From the NCBI GenBank assembly GCA_012838545.1, contig DUPC01000034.1, forward strand, positions 1,225 through 65,224: 64,000 nt of DNA, written 5' to 3'. Below are positions 19,931-28,983 of this stretch, one piece after another. Numbering within the stretch: the stretch's first letter is position 1; each line of letters opens with the position of its first letter. Source of the stretch: Acholeplasmataceae bacterium. GTDB lineage: Bacteria > Bacillota_I > Bacilli_A > ML615J-28 > CAG-313. The translations under genes were made by a program, and so were the position numbers. Under the pieces are notes generated by a model. The model saw only the letters and a program-made list of their open reading frames with translations. It searched no databases and was not told where the DNA came from.

Positions 19931-21676
19931 TTATTGATCCAATAATAATTGATAATATACGCCTTGCTTAACAATTAATTGATCATGATTTCCCCGTTCG
20001 ATAATTCCCTCTTTGCCCAAAACGATGATTTCGTCGCAGTGGCGAATTGTCGATAAACGGTGGGCAATTATGATGCTCGTTTTGTCGATAGTAAGTTTGT
20101 CAAAAGATGCTTGGATGTAACGCTCAGTGGCATTATCCAAGGAACTGGTCGCCTCATCCAAAATGACAATTTGAGGTTTCTTGAGGAAAAGCCTGGCTAT
20201 CGCAATTCTTTGCTTTTGTCCGCCACTTAATTTTACGCCCCGTTCGCCGGTTATGGTATCATATCCTTCTTCCAAACTCATGATAAAGTCGTGGATGTTG
20301 GCGCGTTTTGCGGCTTCGATGATTTCTTCCATCGTTGCGTCCGGTTTACCGTATAAAATATTATCTTTTATCGTACCGTAAAAAATGAAGACATCTTGTT
20401 GGACGTGGCCAATGGTCCGTCTTAAACTTGATAGCTCATATTGTTTTATCGGAACATCGTCAATTAGGATTTCACCTTCATTTACTTCATAAAAACGGGG
20501 AATCAAACGGGAAATCGTTGACTTTCCCACCCCTGTTTCGCCGATAATGGCAATCTTCTTTCCGGGTTCGATGATGAGATTGAAATTGCTCAAAACATGT
20601 TGAAGGCTTTCTCCTTCTTCGGTATCTTCTTGATAACTAAAAGAGACATTGCGAAACTCGATTTTTCCTTTCGGGTTCACTAAAGGTCTGGCATCAGGCG
20701 TGTTCTTGATTGAAGGAACAATATCAATAATCGAAATGAACTTTTCAAATCCCGAAAAACCTTGTTGAATTTGTTGCGTCATCGCAACCAAGCGATTGAC
20801 CGGACGGGTCAAAAAGCTGATATATAGGAAATAAGCAAGCAAGTCGTTACTATCGATATCGCCTGCAGAAACAAAAATGGCCCCGACTACCAAAAGGATT
20901 AAATTGATAACCGCATTAAATAACTCATTTCCCGAAGAAAAGATGGCCATTTGGCGATATGCTTCGGTCCAACTCGAAGCATAAATTTCATTAATGTTTT
21001 CAAACTTTTCTACTTCAAATTGTTCATTATTATAGGCCTTTGTCAAGCGAATTCCTGCAAGACTGCTCTCAATTCGGCTGTTTAGCTCCCCGTGGGTAGT
21101 TCTGACACTACGGAAACTGTCACGCATTTTCTTTCTGCGTTTCATGGCAAAATAAGCTTGACCCATGAGGACCGCAAAAATAATCAAAGTTAACGGAACA
21201 TTGATAAAGCAAAGAATGGTAAAACTTCCAATCAACATAATAACCGAAATAAATAAGTCTTCGGGAACATGGTGACTCATTTCCGATATGTCGTGCAAGT
21301 GATTGGTTAGATTGCTCATCAAAACACCGGTCTTGTTTTCGTCAAAGAACTTATCGTCCATTTGTTCCAAATGATAAAACAAATCTTTTCTCATGTCGCG
21401 TTCAATCCGCGCTCCCATCATGTGTCCCCAATAATTGATGATATAGGAAAAGACGGTTCTAAGGATATAGAAGATAAGCAATACTATTCCGATTAAATAG
21501 ACCGCTTTTAAATTGTTTTTCGGGATATAGACATTGAGGATGTTACGCGTAGCGCTGGGGAAAATCAAGTCGATTCCCGCCACCAACAGCGCACTGAGTA
21601 AATCCAGAATCAAAAGTCCTAAGTGAGGACGATAATATCTCACAAACCGTTTAAACATGGCTTTATCTCCTTTCAT
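19931..21676 (-). CDS. ABC exporter, fused permease plus ATPase (MsbA/multidrug type)
   Basis: The N-terminal half has 6 transmembrane helices. The C-terminal NBD carries Walker A GETGVGKST, signature LSGGQKQRIAIAR and Walker B IVILDEATSSLD. Confidence 0.85.
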   Translation of the reverse strand: MKGDKAMFKRFVRYYRPHLGLLILDLLSALLVAGIDLIFPSATRNILNVYIPKNNLKAVYLIGIVLLIFYILRTVFSYIINYWGHMMGARIERDMRKDLFYHLEQMDDKFFDENKTGVLMSNLTNHLHDISEMSHHVPEDLFISVIMLIGSFTILCFINVPLTLIIFAVLMGQAYFAMKRRKKMRDSFRSVRTTHGELNSRIESSLAGIRLTKAYNNEQFEVEKFENINEIYASSWTEAYRQMAIFSSGNELFNAVINLILLVVGAIFVSAGDIDSNDLLAYFLYISFLTRPVNRLVAMTQQIQQGFSGFEKFISIIDIVPSIKNTPDARPLVNPKGKIEFRNVSFSYQEDTEEGESLQHVLSNFNLIIEPGKKIAIIGETGVGKSTISRLIPRFYEVNEGEILIDDVPIKQYELSSLRRTIGHVQQDVFIFYGTIKDNILYGKPDATMEEIIEAAKRANIHDFIMSLEEGYDTITGERGVKLSGGQKQRIAIARLFLKKPQIVILDEATSSLDNATERYIQASFDKLTIDKTSIIIAHRLSTIRHCDEIIVLGKEGIIERGNHDQLIVKQGVYYQLLLDQ

Positions 21677-21689
21677 TAAGTGTTAAATA

Positions 21690-21724
21690 AATAAGATAAA
21701 ACCGTATGACAAGATACGGTTTTG
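21690..21724 (-). terminator. Rho-independent terminator after the M32 carboxypeptidase gene
   Basis: Stem aaaaccgtat / atacggtttt with loop gacaag. It is T-rich downstream on the minus strand. Confidence 0.5.
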
Positions 21725-21730
21725 TCCAAT

Positions 21731-23236
21731 TTATCGATAAATTGATTGGTATTTGGTTTTTAAGTATTCGATATAATATTGAGGGTTAAATGGTTCGTTG
21801 GTTGCTTCCAAAAGAAGTTGTTTTGCGGTTTTGGTCGAACCGTGCCAATGAATCTTTTGTTTTAACCACTCGTTGATTGCTTGAGTGTTTCCGCTCGCAA
21901 GCGAATCCTCAACATCGAAATCGCGTTTCATCGCATAATAGATTTGCGCAGCATAGGCGCTTCCCAAAGCATAAGTTGGGAAATATCCAAACATACCGCT
22001 CGACCAATGGACATCTTGTAAAATACCTTCTCTATCGCTTGGAACATCGATATCCAAGTAAGCCTTCATCAAGCGATTCCATTCTTGCGGAAGTTCTTCC
22101 ACGGTAAGTTCTTGTTTCATAATCGCGCGTTCTATATCATAACGAACCATGATATGAAGCGGATAAGTAAGTTCGTCGGCTTCGGTGCGAATTAACGAAT
22201 TTTCCACTTGATTTACCGCTTTTACCCATTCTTCCACCGTAACATCTTTGAGTTGACTTGGGAACAAGGCTTGAACTTTAGGAAAATGAACATTCCAAAA
22301 AGCAAAGCTGCGGCCAACAATGTTTTCGTAGAAGCGCGATTGCGATTCATGCATCGCCATGCTTGTGCCGCCCCCCAGATTCGTTTTATCCAAATCAGGG
22401 TTGCATTGTTGTTCGTAAGTGGCATGACCAAGTTCGTGGATGGCGGAAAAGATGCTTGATGTAATCAGTTTTTCGTGGAAGTGGTTGGTCCACCGAACAT
22501 CTTGGCTGGTCATTCCAGAAGTATAGGGATGTTCGCTTTCTTTCATTAAACCGCGGGTGCGGTCAAACATCAAGACATCCATAATGTAATGAGAAAAAGC
22601 TTTTTGTTTATCGATATCATAAGATTGATTCAAGAAAGAAAATTCTTGTTTTGGAAGGGAGGTGATTCCTTTGACAAATGGTACCAAATCCTTCTTTAAG
22701 GCGACAAAGAATTCGTCGTATTCCGTGGAAGTCATCCCTTCTTCAAATTGGTCAAGCAAGACATCATAGCCTTGTAAGGTATCTGTTTGCCAATAAGACA
22801 TCATCTTTTGTTTAAAGAAAATAATCTTTTCCAAATAAGGTTTAAAAGCATTGTAATCATTGTTGTTTTTCGCATCTGCCCAGATGGTTTGCGTTTTGGA
22901 TAAAAGCATTTGGTATTCGACATATTCGTCAACCGGAACTTTTAACTGACGCATCAAATACTTATGGGTTTTTTTGATTTCTGTATGCATTAGGGAATCC
23001 AATTCGTCTTTTCGGTCGAATAATTCCTGCACAAGGTCAATCATTTCTTGGGAAGTTGAGAAATTATGCAATTCTCGGGAAAGTGTTCCCACATGGATGC
23101 TTCTTTCTTCTAAAGCTCCTCTTGGGGCTTCCGTTTCGGTATCCCAACCTATCATCCATAAAGCATACCGAAAAGCCCGGGCAAATTGCATTTTATCCTG
23201 ATAATTCTTAATTAACTCGCTAATTGGTCTTTTCAT
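21731..23236 (-). CDS. M32 family carboxypeptidase (Taq-type)
   Basis: HEXXH zinc motif AIHELGHATYEQ plus the M32-typical motif HESQSRFYEN. About 500 aa. Confidence 0.85.
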   Translation of the reverse strand: MKRPISELIKNYQDKMQFARAFRYALWMIGWDTETEAPRGALEERSIHVGTLSRELHNFSTSQEMIDLVQELFDRKDELDSLMHTEIKKTHKYLMRQLKVPVDEYVEYQMLLSKTQTIWADAKNNNDYNAFKPYLEKIIFFKQKMMSYWQTDTLQGYDVLLDQFEEGMTSTEYDEFFVALKKDLVPFVKGITSLPKQEFSFLNQSYDIDKQKAFSHYIMDVLMFDRTRGLMKESEHPYTSGMTSQDVRWTNHFHEKLITSSIFSAIHELGHATYEQQCNPDLDKTNLGGGTSMAMHESQSRFYENIVGRSFAFWNVHFPKVQALFPSQLKDVTVEEWVKAVNQVENSLIRTEADELTYPLHIMVRYDIERAIMKQELTVEELPQEWNRLMKAYLDIDVPSDREGILQDVHWSSGMFGYFPTYALGSAYAAQIYYAMKRDFDVEDSLASGNTQAINEWLKQKIHWHGSTKTAKQLLLEATNEPFNPQYYIEYLKTKYQSIYR

Positions 23237-23462
23237 TGTCTTCCCTTGATTTAATCACGATTTTGTCATGATAAATTTCTTCCAAAGCAATTCCGATGCT
23301 TTTTTTGTTTTGGGTCTTTTCAAGGTAAGTCTTTTTTGTTTTTTCAATCTCTTTTGCCCGTTCCGCCACCGCAATCACCAATTTGTATTTGGATGGGGAT
23401 TTGGCAATGAGCTGATCAATAGAAGGGTAACGCATTCCTTCATTTTGTTTATTCCTGTTCAT
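23220..23462 (-). CDS. rpoZ: RNA polymerase omega subunit
   Basis: The core MRYPSIDQLIAKSPSKYKLVIAVAERAKE matches RpoZ. It lies immediately downstream of gmk, the conserved gmk-rpoZ pair. The start is taken at ATG 23462, which is 6 nt after GGAGG. Confidence 0.8.
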   Translation of the reverse strand: MNRNKQNEGMRYPSIDQLIAKSPSKYKLVIAVAERAKEIEKTKKTYLEKTQNKKSIGIALEEIYHDKIVIKSREDNEKTN

Positions 23463-24081
23463 CTTCTTCCTCCAATAATCTAAAATATCCTTCAAGACTG
23501 CGGCTACACTTGGCGTGTTCTGCCCGAATAATCGCCATTATCCGGTCCGCAGCATTATTTACTTCATCGTTTACAACGATATAATCGTAAGCGGGGGCAA
23601 AATCCAACTCCCGGCGCGCTTTGGCAAGTCGCTTCTGAATGTTTTCATCGTCTTCAGTTCCCCGTAACAATAAGCGGTTTTTTAAATCTTGGAAAGAAGG
23701 CGGAGCAATAAAAATAAACACCGCATCCGGCATTTTTGCTTTTACTTGGAGTGCGCCTTGAACATCGATTTCCAATACTACTTCTTTTCCGTCTTGCAAG
23801 TTTTGTTCAATAATATCCGCAGGCGTTCCATACATATTGCCCACAAATTCCGCATATTCCAAAAACTTATTGTTTTTAATTCGCTCTTTAAATTCCTCTG
23901 GCGAGATAAAGAAATATTCTCTGCCATGGACTTCCCCTTCTCTTGGCAGTCTGGTTGTCATCGAAACGGAATAGAGAAGATCATGGCTTTTTTGGCGAAA
24001 CAATGCTTCGCGCACGGTTCCCTTTCCAACACCTGATGGCCCAGATAGTACGATTAAGAGTCCTTTCTGGTTTAACTTCAT
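23449..24081 (-). CDS. gmk: Guanylate kinase
   Basis: GPSGVGKGTV P-loop and the VSMTTRLPREGE motif. Confidence 0.9.
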   Translation of the reverse strand: MKLNQKGLLIVLSGPSGVGKGTVREALFRQKSHDLLYSVSMTTRLPREGEVHGREYFFISPEEFKERIKNNKFLEYAEFVGNMYGTPADIIEQNLQDGKEVVLEIDVQGALQVKAKMPDAVFIFIAPPSFQDLKNRLLLRGTEDDENIQKRLAKARRELDFAPAYDYIVVNDEVNNAADRIMAIIRAEHAKCSRSLEGYFRLLEEEDEQE

Positions 24082-24202
24082 TTTGCAACCTCCTAAAGTC
24101 GCTTGTCAATCTAGAAATAAAAAATTGTTTTGACCTATTCTATCACAATAAGACTTTTTTTTCAAGGAAATATACATATTGATTTTATTTTGAAGCCTCT
24201 TT

Positions 24203-24211
24203 TGATATAAT
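24203..24211 (+). promoter_or_regulatory. Candidate extended -10 element (TGaTATAAT) upstream of rqcH
   Basis: tgatataat lies 22 nt upstream of ATG 24233. I could not identify a clear -35. Confidence 0.3.
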
Positions 24212-24232
24212 ATACATTAAGGCGGTGATGTC

Positions 24233-25855
24233 ATGGCTATCGACGGCGTATTTATTCATCATTTAGTCAAAGAACTAAACGATTGCTTACAGGGCGGAAG
24301 AATCAATAAAATTAACCAACCAAGTACCTTGGAACTTATTTTGCATATTAGGTCCCATCACCAAAATTGGCAATTTTTAATTTCCTCCGAACTGAACTTT
24401 CCCTCTTGTTTTCTTACAACACAAAAACGCGTCAATCCCGATACACCTTATTCCTTTTGCATGAACTTAAGGAAATACTTAGAACGCGGAATCATCGAAA
24501 AAATTTGGCAAGTTGATAATGACCGAATTGTCGTAATCAACATTAAAGCTTTCAATGAATTGGGCGATGAATGCTTGTATCATTTGTTTTTCGAAATCAT
24601 GGGTCGCAATGCTAATTTGATTTTGACATCCTCCGACCTGACGATTATCGATTCCATCCGCAAACTCAGTCCCGGACTCCAAGAACTAAGAACCATCGTT
24701 CCCAAAGCAACATATCGCTACCCAGACAAACAAGGAACAATAAATCCTTTTTCGCCTGATTTAACCGACTGGCAAAAAATGGAAATGTTAAACCAATTGG
24801 AAGGAATTTCCCCGCTACTTAAAAATGCGTTTAATTATTTAGGTTCCGTCGACCAATTAATTTTTAAACAAGTCAATCCGGTACTAATCAAAGCTCATCC
24901 AAAACCGGCTTTTTATGTATTTGATCTTCCTCATTTGGAAGGGAAACGTATCTTTTACTCAACGATTTCTTCCCTTATTGAGGAGGTAAAAACAACCCTT
25001 TTTAAAGGCGCAAACCAACTTTCAACCCTTTTGTCGAAAATAGTAAGACGGGAACTTGCTCATCAAAAGTCCAAGCTAGCCAACCTTAAAGATGACTTGA
25101 TCGAGGCCGAAAAAAGACTAAAAACCAAAAATATCGCTCTGCTTTTGCAAGCCAATCTTTATCGGATCAAACCGGGGGAAAGCGAAATCATGGTGGAAGA
25201 TTTTTATCATAACGGATCATTAATTGCGATTAAACTGAATCCCCAACTTACTCCAAGTCAAAACTTAAACAACTACTTTACAAAAATTAAAAAGAGCGAA
25301 AAAGCTCTCAAACACTTAAATCGCGAAATCGCCAAAAACGAAAATGAAATAATATATCTCGAAAGTTTAATCGATCAAATCAATAAAGCAAGCGATTCCG
25401 ACTTGCAGGAGATTAAGGCCGAACTATTAAACGAACAATTGCTTAAAGGTGCAAAAGTAAAAGTAAAACCGCCAAAATCTTACTTAACTTATCAAGGGGA
25501 CGGAGCAACAATTTGGGTAGGAAAAAACAACTTGCAAAACAACTATCTAACCCATACTTTAGCTCAAAAAAGTGATTACTGGTTCCATGTTCAAAAAGCC
25601 CCCAGCGCTCACGTTATCTTAAGGACCAACGAATTAACCGAAAAGTTAATTAGGATTTGCGCACAGCTTGCTGCTTTACACTCTTCCTTTTCGCAATCTT
25701 CCAGCGTTCCGGTCGATTATACTTTAGTAAAAAACGTCAAAAAAGTTTCCGGTCAAAAGGGTTCCTTTGTAACCTACACCAACCAAAAAACCATCTATAT
25801 CGATCCCGATTGGGACACTTTAAAAAAACTTCTTGGCCCCGGAGTCCAAAGTTAG
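24233..25855 (+). CDS. rqcH: Ribosome quality control protein RqcH (NFACT / FbpA family)
   Basis: The NFACT-N N-terminus (MAIDGVFIHHLVKEL) and the C-terminal NFACT-R/DUF814 (SDYWFHVQKAPSAHVIL) are both present. It lies opposite gmk, as yloA does in B. subtilis. Confidence 0.8.
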   Translation: MAIDGVFIHHLVKELNDCLQGGRINKINQPSTLELILHIRSHHQNWQFLISSELNFPSCFLTTQKRVNPDTPYSFCMNLRKYLERGIIEKIWQVDNDRIVVINIKAFNELGDECLYHLFFEIMGRNANLILTSSDLTIIDSIRKLSPGLQELRTIVPKATYRYPDKQGTINPFSPDLTDWQKMEMLNQLEGISPLLKNAFNYLGSVDQLIFKQVNPVLIKAHPKPAFYVFDLPHLEGKRIFYSTISSLIEEVKTTLFKGANQLSTLLSKIVRRELAHQKSKLANLKDDLIEAEKRLKTKNIALLLQANLYRIKPGESEIMVEDFYHNGSLIAIKLNPQLTPSQNLNNYFTKIKKSEKALKHLNREIAKNENEIIYLESLIDQINKASDSDLQEIKAELLNEQLLKGAKVKVKPPKSYLTYQGDGATIWVGKNNLQNNYLTHTLAQKSDYWFHVQKAPSAHVILRTNELTEKLIRICAQLAALHSSFSQSSSVPVDYTLVKNVKKVSGQKGSFVTYTNQKTIYIDPDWDTLKKLLGPGVQS

Positions 25856-26035
25856 TTTACTTTCATGATAAAAAATCAAACAGCTGAAACAATAGATTTG
25901 CTCGCGTTCGTCGTATAAAACGGCCACCTGGTATTGTAAATCAATCAATTGTTCCGGAGTCAATTTTTTAAGAAATTCATTAACTTTGCTTTCCAAATCT
26001 TGTTCATGGCTTTCGTCGAAAATTTTAACACGCAT
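25820..26035 (-). CDS. cse60: Small sporulation protein of the Cse60 family (71 aa)
   Basis: MRVKIFDESHEQDLESKVNEFL...EQIYCFSCLIFY matches the remembered Cse60/YteV pattern (M.KVK.FDE.HE.DLE...QIYCFSA). I take the start at ATG 26035, preceded by GGGTGG. The ORF-track start is a GTG. Confidence 0.5.
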   Translation of the reverse strand: MRVKIFDESHEQDLESKVNEFLKKLTPEQLIDLQYQVAVLYDEREQIYCFSCLIFYHESKLTLDSGAKKFF

Positions 26036-26088
26036 ATAAAAAACCACCCTTTGTCAATGATTTTAGCATAACCAAGGGGTGGTTTTTG

Positions 26089-26766
26089 TCATTTTTTATT
26101 ATGAATCATTTGACAATATTCTTCCCGGAACGGACATAAGGAACATAGGGGCTTTCTTGCCAAACATAAATAACGTCCCATAAAAATCAATTGATGATGA
26201 ACTTCATGCCATTTTTCCGGCGGCAATAAGCGTTTCAATTTCATTTCCACTTGAAAACTGTTGTCGTTGGGATTAACCAAACCAAGGCGTTTGCTGACGC
26301 GTTCCACATGGGTGTCCACCGCCAGCCCAGGCAGCCCAAACCCTTCCGAAACAATCACATTGGCGGTTTTGCGACCAACTCCGGGCAAAAGAATCAATTC
26401 TTCAATGGTGGAGGGTATTACACCGTCAAAATCCGCTTGGACGGTTTTTGCAAACTGTATGATATGGTTTGCTTTGTTTTTATATAAACCTATTTTCTTA
26501 ATATATGGAATAACCTTTTCTACGGTTGCTTCAGCCAATGCTTCAATACGCGGGTATTTACGAAAAAGGGCAGGGGTCACTTCGTTCACCGCTTTATCCG
26601 TCGATTGTGCGCTTAAGATAACGCTGATAGCCAATTCGTAAATATTCCGATAGTTTAATTCGCAGCGCGCATTGGGAAAGGTTTCCTTTAACGGTTGCCA
26701 AAACTTTTCGTCATGTTTAATTGTTTTTATTTGATAATTATCTTCTCTTAACATATACTTGTTCAA
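26089..26766 (-). CDS. nth: Endonuclease III
   Basis: The helix-hairpin-helix is LPGVGRKTANVI, the catalytic Asp lies in AVDTHVERV, and the [4Fe-4S] ligands are C-x6-C-x2-C-x5-C (CLARKPLCSLCPF). Confidence 0.9.
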   Translation of the reverse strand: MNKYMLREDNYQIKTIKHDEKFWQPLKETFPNARCELNYRNIYELAISVILSAQSTDKAVNEVTPALFRKYPRIEALAEATVEKVIPYIKKIGLYKNKANHIIQFAKTVQADFDGVIPSTIEELILLPGVGRKTANVIVSEGFGLPGLAVDTHVERVSKRLGLVNPNDNSFQVEMKLKRLLPPEKWHEVHHQLIFMGRYLCLARKPLCSLCPFREEYCQMIHNKK

Positions 26767-27358
26767 GCATCTCCTTTATCGACGGGTCAACGGGTACTTC
26801 ATTGCGTTTTTGATTGCGACTAATCAAAATCGCATCCGCATATCTTAAATGCATTTTTTTCGCTTTTAAACTATCAAAGATGGCGTTAGTCATTTGTTCG
26901 TAAGAATACCCTTCATCAACCCAACCGTTGATGATTTCTAAATCCGTCGGCGATAAGGTTTTTTGATAGCTTGTTTCGGTATATTCGACAATTCTCTGAA
27001 CCAATTCTTTGCGTTCTTGTTGCTCGTCCACTTCATCATTTTCTTCAAAACAAAGGCCAAGCTTTTCTATGGTCGGATTTAAACTGAATTGTTCCTTTTT
27101 ACCATCCTCAATAAAGAGATCGATAAAGCCCTGTTCCACCAATTTGAAAATCCGTTCGGATAAACGCTTTTGATCGATTGTCATCTTTAATCGCAAGGAA
27201 CGAATCGAAAGAAAATCGTCGCGATCGCGTTTTTGGTGATACAAATGCAAAATGATGATGGCATCAATTTCATCTAATCCTAACTTTTTATAGTTCGTAA
27301 GGAGTGCCGTATTAAATGAAATCAGATTTGCTTTAATTAATTTTCCGTAGTTATTCAT
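26738..27358 (-). CDS. dnaD: DnaD-domain replication initiation / membrane attachment protein
   Basis: The DnaD-like C-terminal domain is DLEIINGWVDEGYSYEQMTNAIFDSLK. It lies immediately upstream of nth as in B. subtilis. The start is ATG 27358 with the RBS GAAGGAGGG. Confidence 0.7.
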   Translation of the reverse strand: MNNYGKLIKANLISFNTALLTNYKKLGLDEIDAIIILHLYHQKRDRDDFLSIRSLRLKMTIDQKRLSERIFKLVEQGFIDLFIEDGKKEQFSLNPTIEKLGLCFEENDEVDEQQERKELVQRIVEYTETSYQKTLSPTDLEIINGWVDEGYSYEQMTNAIFDSLKAKKMHLRYADAILISRNQKRNEVPVDPSIKEMLEQVYVKRR

Positions 27359-27383
27359 TTTTAGCCCTCCTTCTGTTATGACA

Positions 27384-27413
27384 ATTATAACATAAACCAA
27401 CTTTATTTGACAA
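27384..27413 (-). promoter_or_regulatory. Candidate sigma-A promoter for dnaD-nth
   Basis: The minus strand reads TTGTCA-18 nt-TATAAT and ends about 19 nt before the dnaD ATG. Confidence 0.4.
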
Positions 27414-27477
27414 TTTTAATGTTAATCTTTTTTTACGGCGCTTTGGGGACTTTTTTACACCCATTTTCGAAAAAATA

Positions 27478-28248
27478 TTAGGCTTCGTCAATTCCGTTTA
27501 CTTGAATAACAAACTGGTTTGAGGCGCGTTCTAAGGCTTGGAAAATACGGTCCAGATAGGCGCTACGGTCAAATACTTCATGGGTTATTATGATGCGCTC
27601 GCCTTGTTTTGACAGTTCTACCGTATGTCGCGGCGAAAAGTCGTCGTAACGCGTAACTTCGATATCCTGACTATTAACCTCCAATAGTAAAGAGAGGAGT
27701 TTTGCGGTACCGGAAGGAGCGTCTTTTTTGGATTTGTGATGGGCTTCCTTTAGTTTAATGGAATAATTGCTTTTCACTTTTGATAAAAACTCCATGATAT
27801 CGGAAATGCCCCTGGAAAAATTTGCATTCAAGATTAAGGAAGTTCGTTGTTTTTTTGCCAACAACACCAACTCTTCGATTTCTTTTTCCGTAAAACCGGT
27901 TGAACCGCTTACCACAGGCAGTTGGAAAAGTAAGGCTTTGCGGATGTTATCAATTCCTTTTGCCCCCGCAAAATCCAGCATTATATCCGGAATCTCCTCC
28001 AAAGCCTGGGTTATATCCGAAAAGCATGGCCATTTAGTGCTTCTTCCTTGGGGATCAAGACCGATAATATGAAACCGAGCAGTTAAACTTTCCGCCAAAA
28101 AAGCTCCCATCTTACCATTAATCCCACATATCAACACCGTAAACTTCTGGTCATCAAAAGATTCGGTTTTTTGCTTTTTAAATAAAAAGAGCACAAGCGT
28201 AAGTATTGTCGCTCCCATAATTAATACTGCCATTTGCCAAGTCGACAT
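27478..28248 (-). CDS. dapB: 4-hydroxy-tetrahydrodipicolinate reductase carrying an N-terminal transmembrane segment
   Basis: The Rossmann motif is ICGINGKMG and the DapB signature is EAHHKSKKDAPSGTA. The first ~25 residues (AVLIMGATILTLVLFLF) are hydrophobic. Confidence 0.75.
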   Translation of the reverse strand: MSTWQMAVLIMGATILTLVLFLFKKQKTESFDDQKFTVLICGINGKMGAFLAESLTARFHIIGLDPQGRSTKWPCFSDITQALEEIPDIMLDFAGAKGIDNIRKALLFQLPVVSGSTGFTEKEIEELVLLAKKQRTSLILNANFSRGISDIMEFLSKVKSNYSIKLKEAHHKSKKDAPSGTAKLLSLLLEVNSQDIEVTRYDDFSPRHTVELSKQGERIIITHEVFDRSAYLDRIFQALERASNQFVIQVNGIDEA

Positions 28249-28293
28249 AAATCGTCCCCCCTTTTAGCGTATGAAAAGGAGGGGTTTTTGGTG

Positions 28294-28983
28294 TTATTTA
28301 ATTATCGCCATTGTTTTTAAGGCTTCTCGCGCGGCATCTTGCGTTGCTTCTTTTTTGGTCCGGCCAACTCCTGTTCCGAGTTTTACACCGTCAAGTACGG
28401 CACTCATCGTAAAGAGGCGGTTATGAGGAGGCCCTTCCACGTTGTCCAATCGATAAACCAGACGAGTTGGACCATCTGCTTGAAGCGCTTCTTGCAACCG
28501 GCTTTTGTAATCGATAAACGGTTTGACATCATTGGCCAAAAGGTGGGGAAACACCACTTGATCCAAAATTTTCTTAACTTCGTCAATACCGTATTCTAAA
28601 TACACGGCTCCAAGGAAAGCTTCAAAGAGATCCGATAACGTCGAAGATCGACGTCTGGCACCGCTTAGTTCTTCCCCTTTGCCAAGGAGTATCATTTTAT
28701 CCAATCCCATTTCTTTGGCATATTGGCTATTGGCGTCCTCGCAAACATATGTTGCCCGCATCTTCGTCATTTCCCCTTCATTGAAGTGGGGAAAATGCCG
28801 ATATAGGTAAGTAGCGACAAGCATGCCTAAAACAGAGTCGCCTAAAAATTCGAGACGTTCATTGCTTTCCTGCTCGCCAAAAGAGGAATGGGTAAAGGCT
28901 TTGACTATCAATGGTTTTGGTTCAATGTTTAGACTATATTTACGGTTTAATTCCGCCAATAACTCAAGATTAATCACTTTCAT
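28294..28983 (-). CDS. rnc: Ribonuclease III
   Basis: The RNase III signature ERLEFLGDSVL and a C-terminal dsRBD are present. The start is ATG 28983 (MKVINLE...). Confidence 0.9.
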   Translation of the reverse strand: MKVINLELLAELNRKYSLNIEPKPLIVKAFTHSSFGEQESNERLEFLGDSVLGMLVATYLYRHFPHFNEGEMTKMRATYVCEDANSQYAKEMGLDKMILLGKGEELSGARRRSSTLSDLFEAFLGAVYLEYGIDEVKKILDQVVFPHLLANDVKPFIDYKSRLQEALQADGPTRLVYRLDNVEGPPHNRLFTMSAVLDGVKLGTGVGRTKKEATQDAAREALKTMAIIK

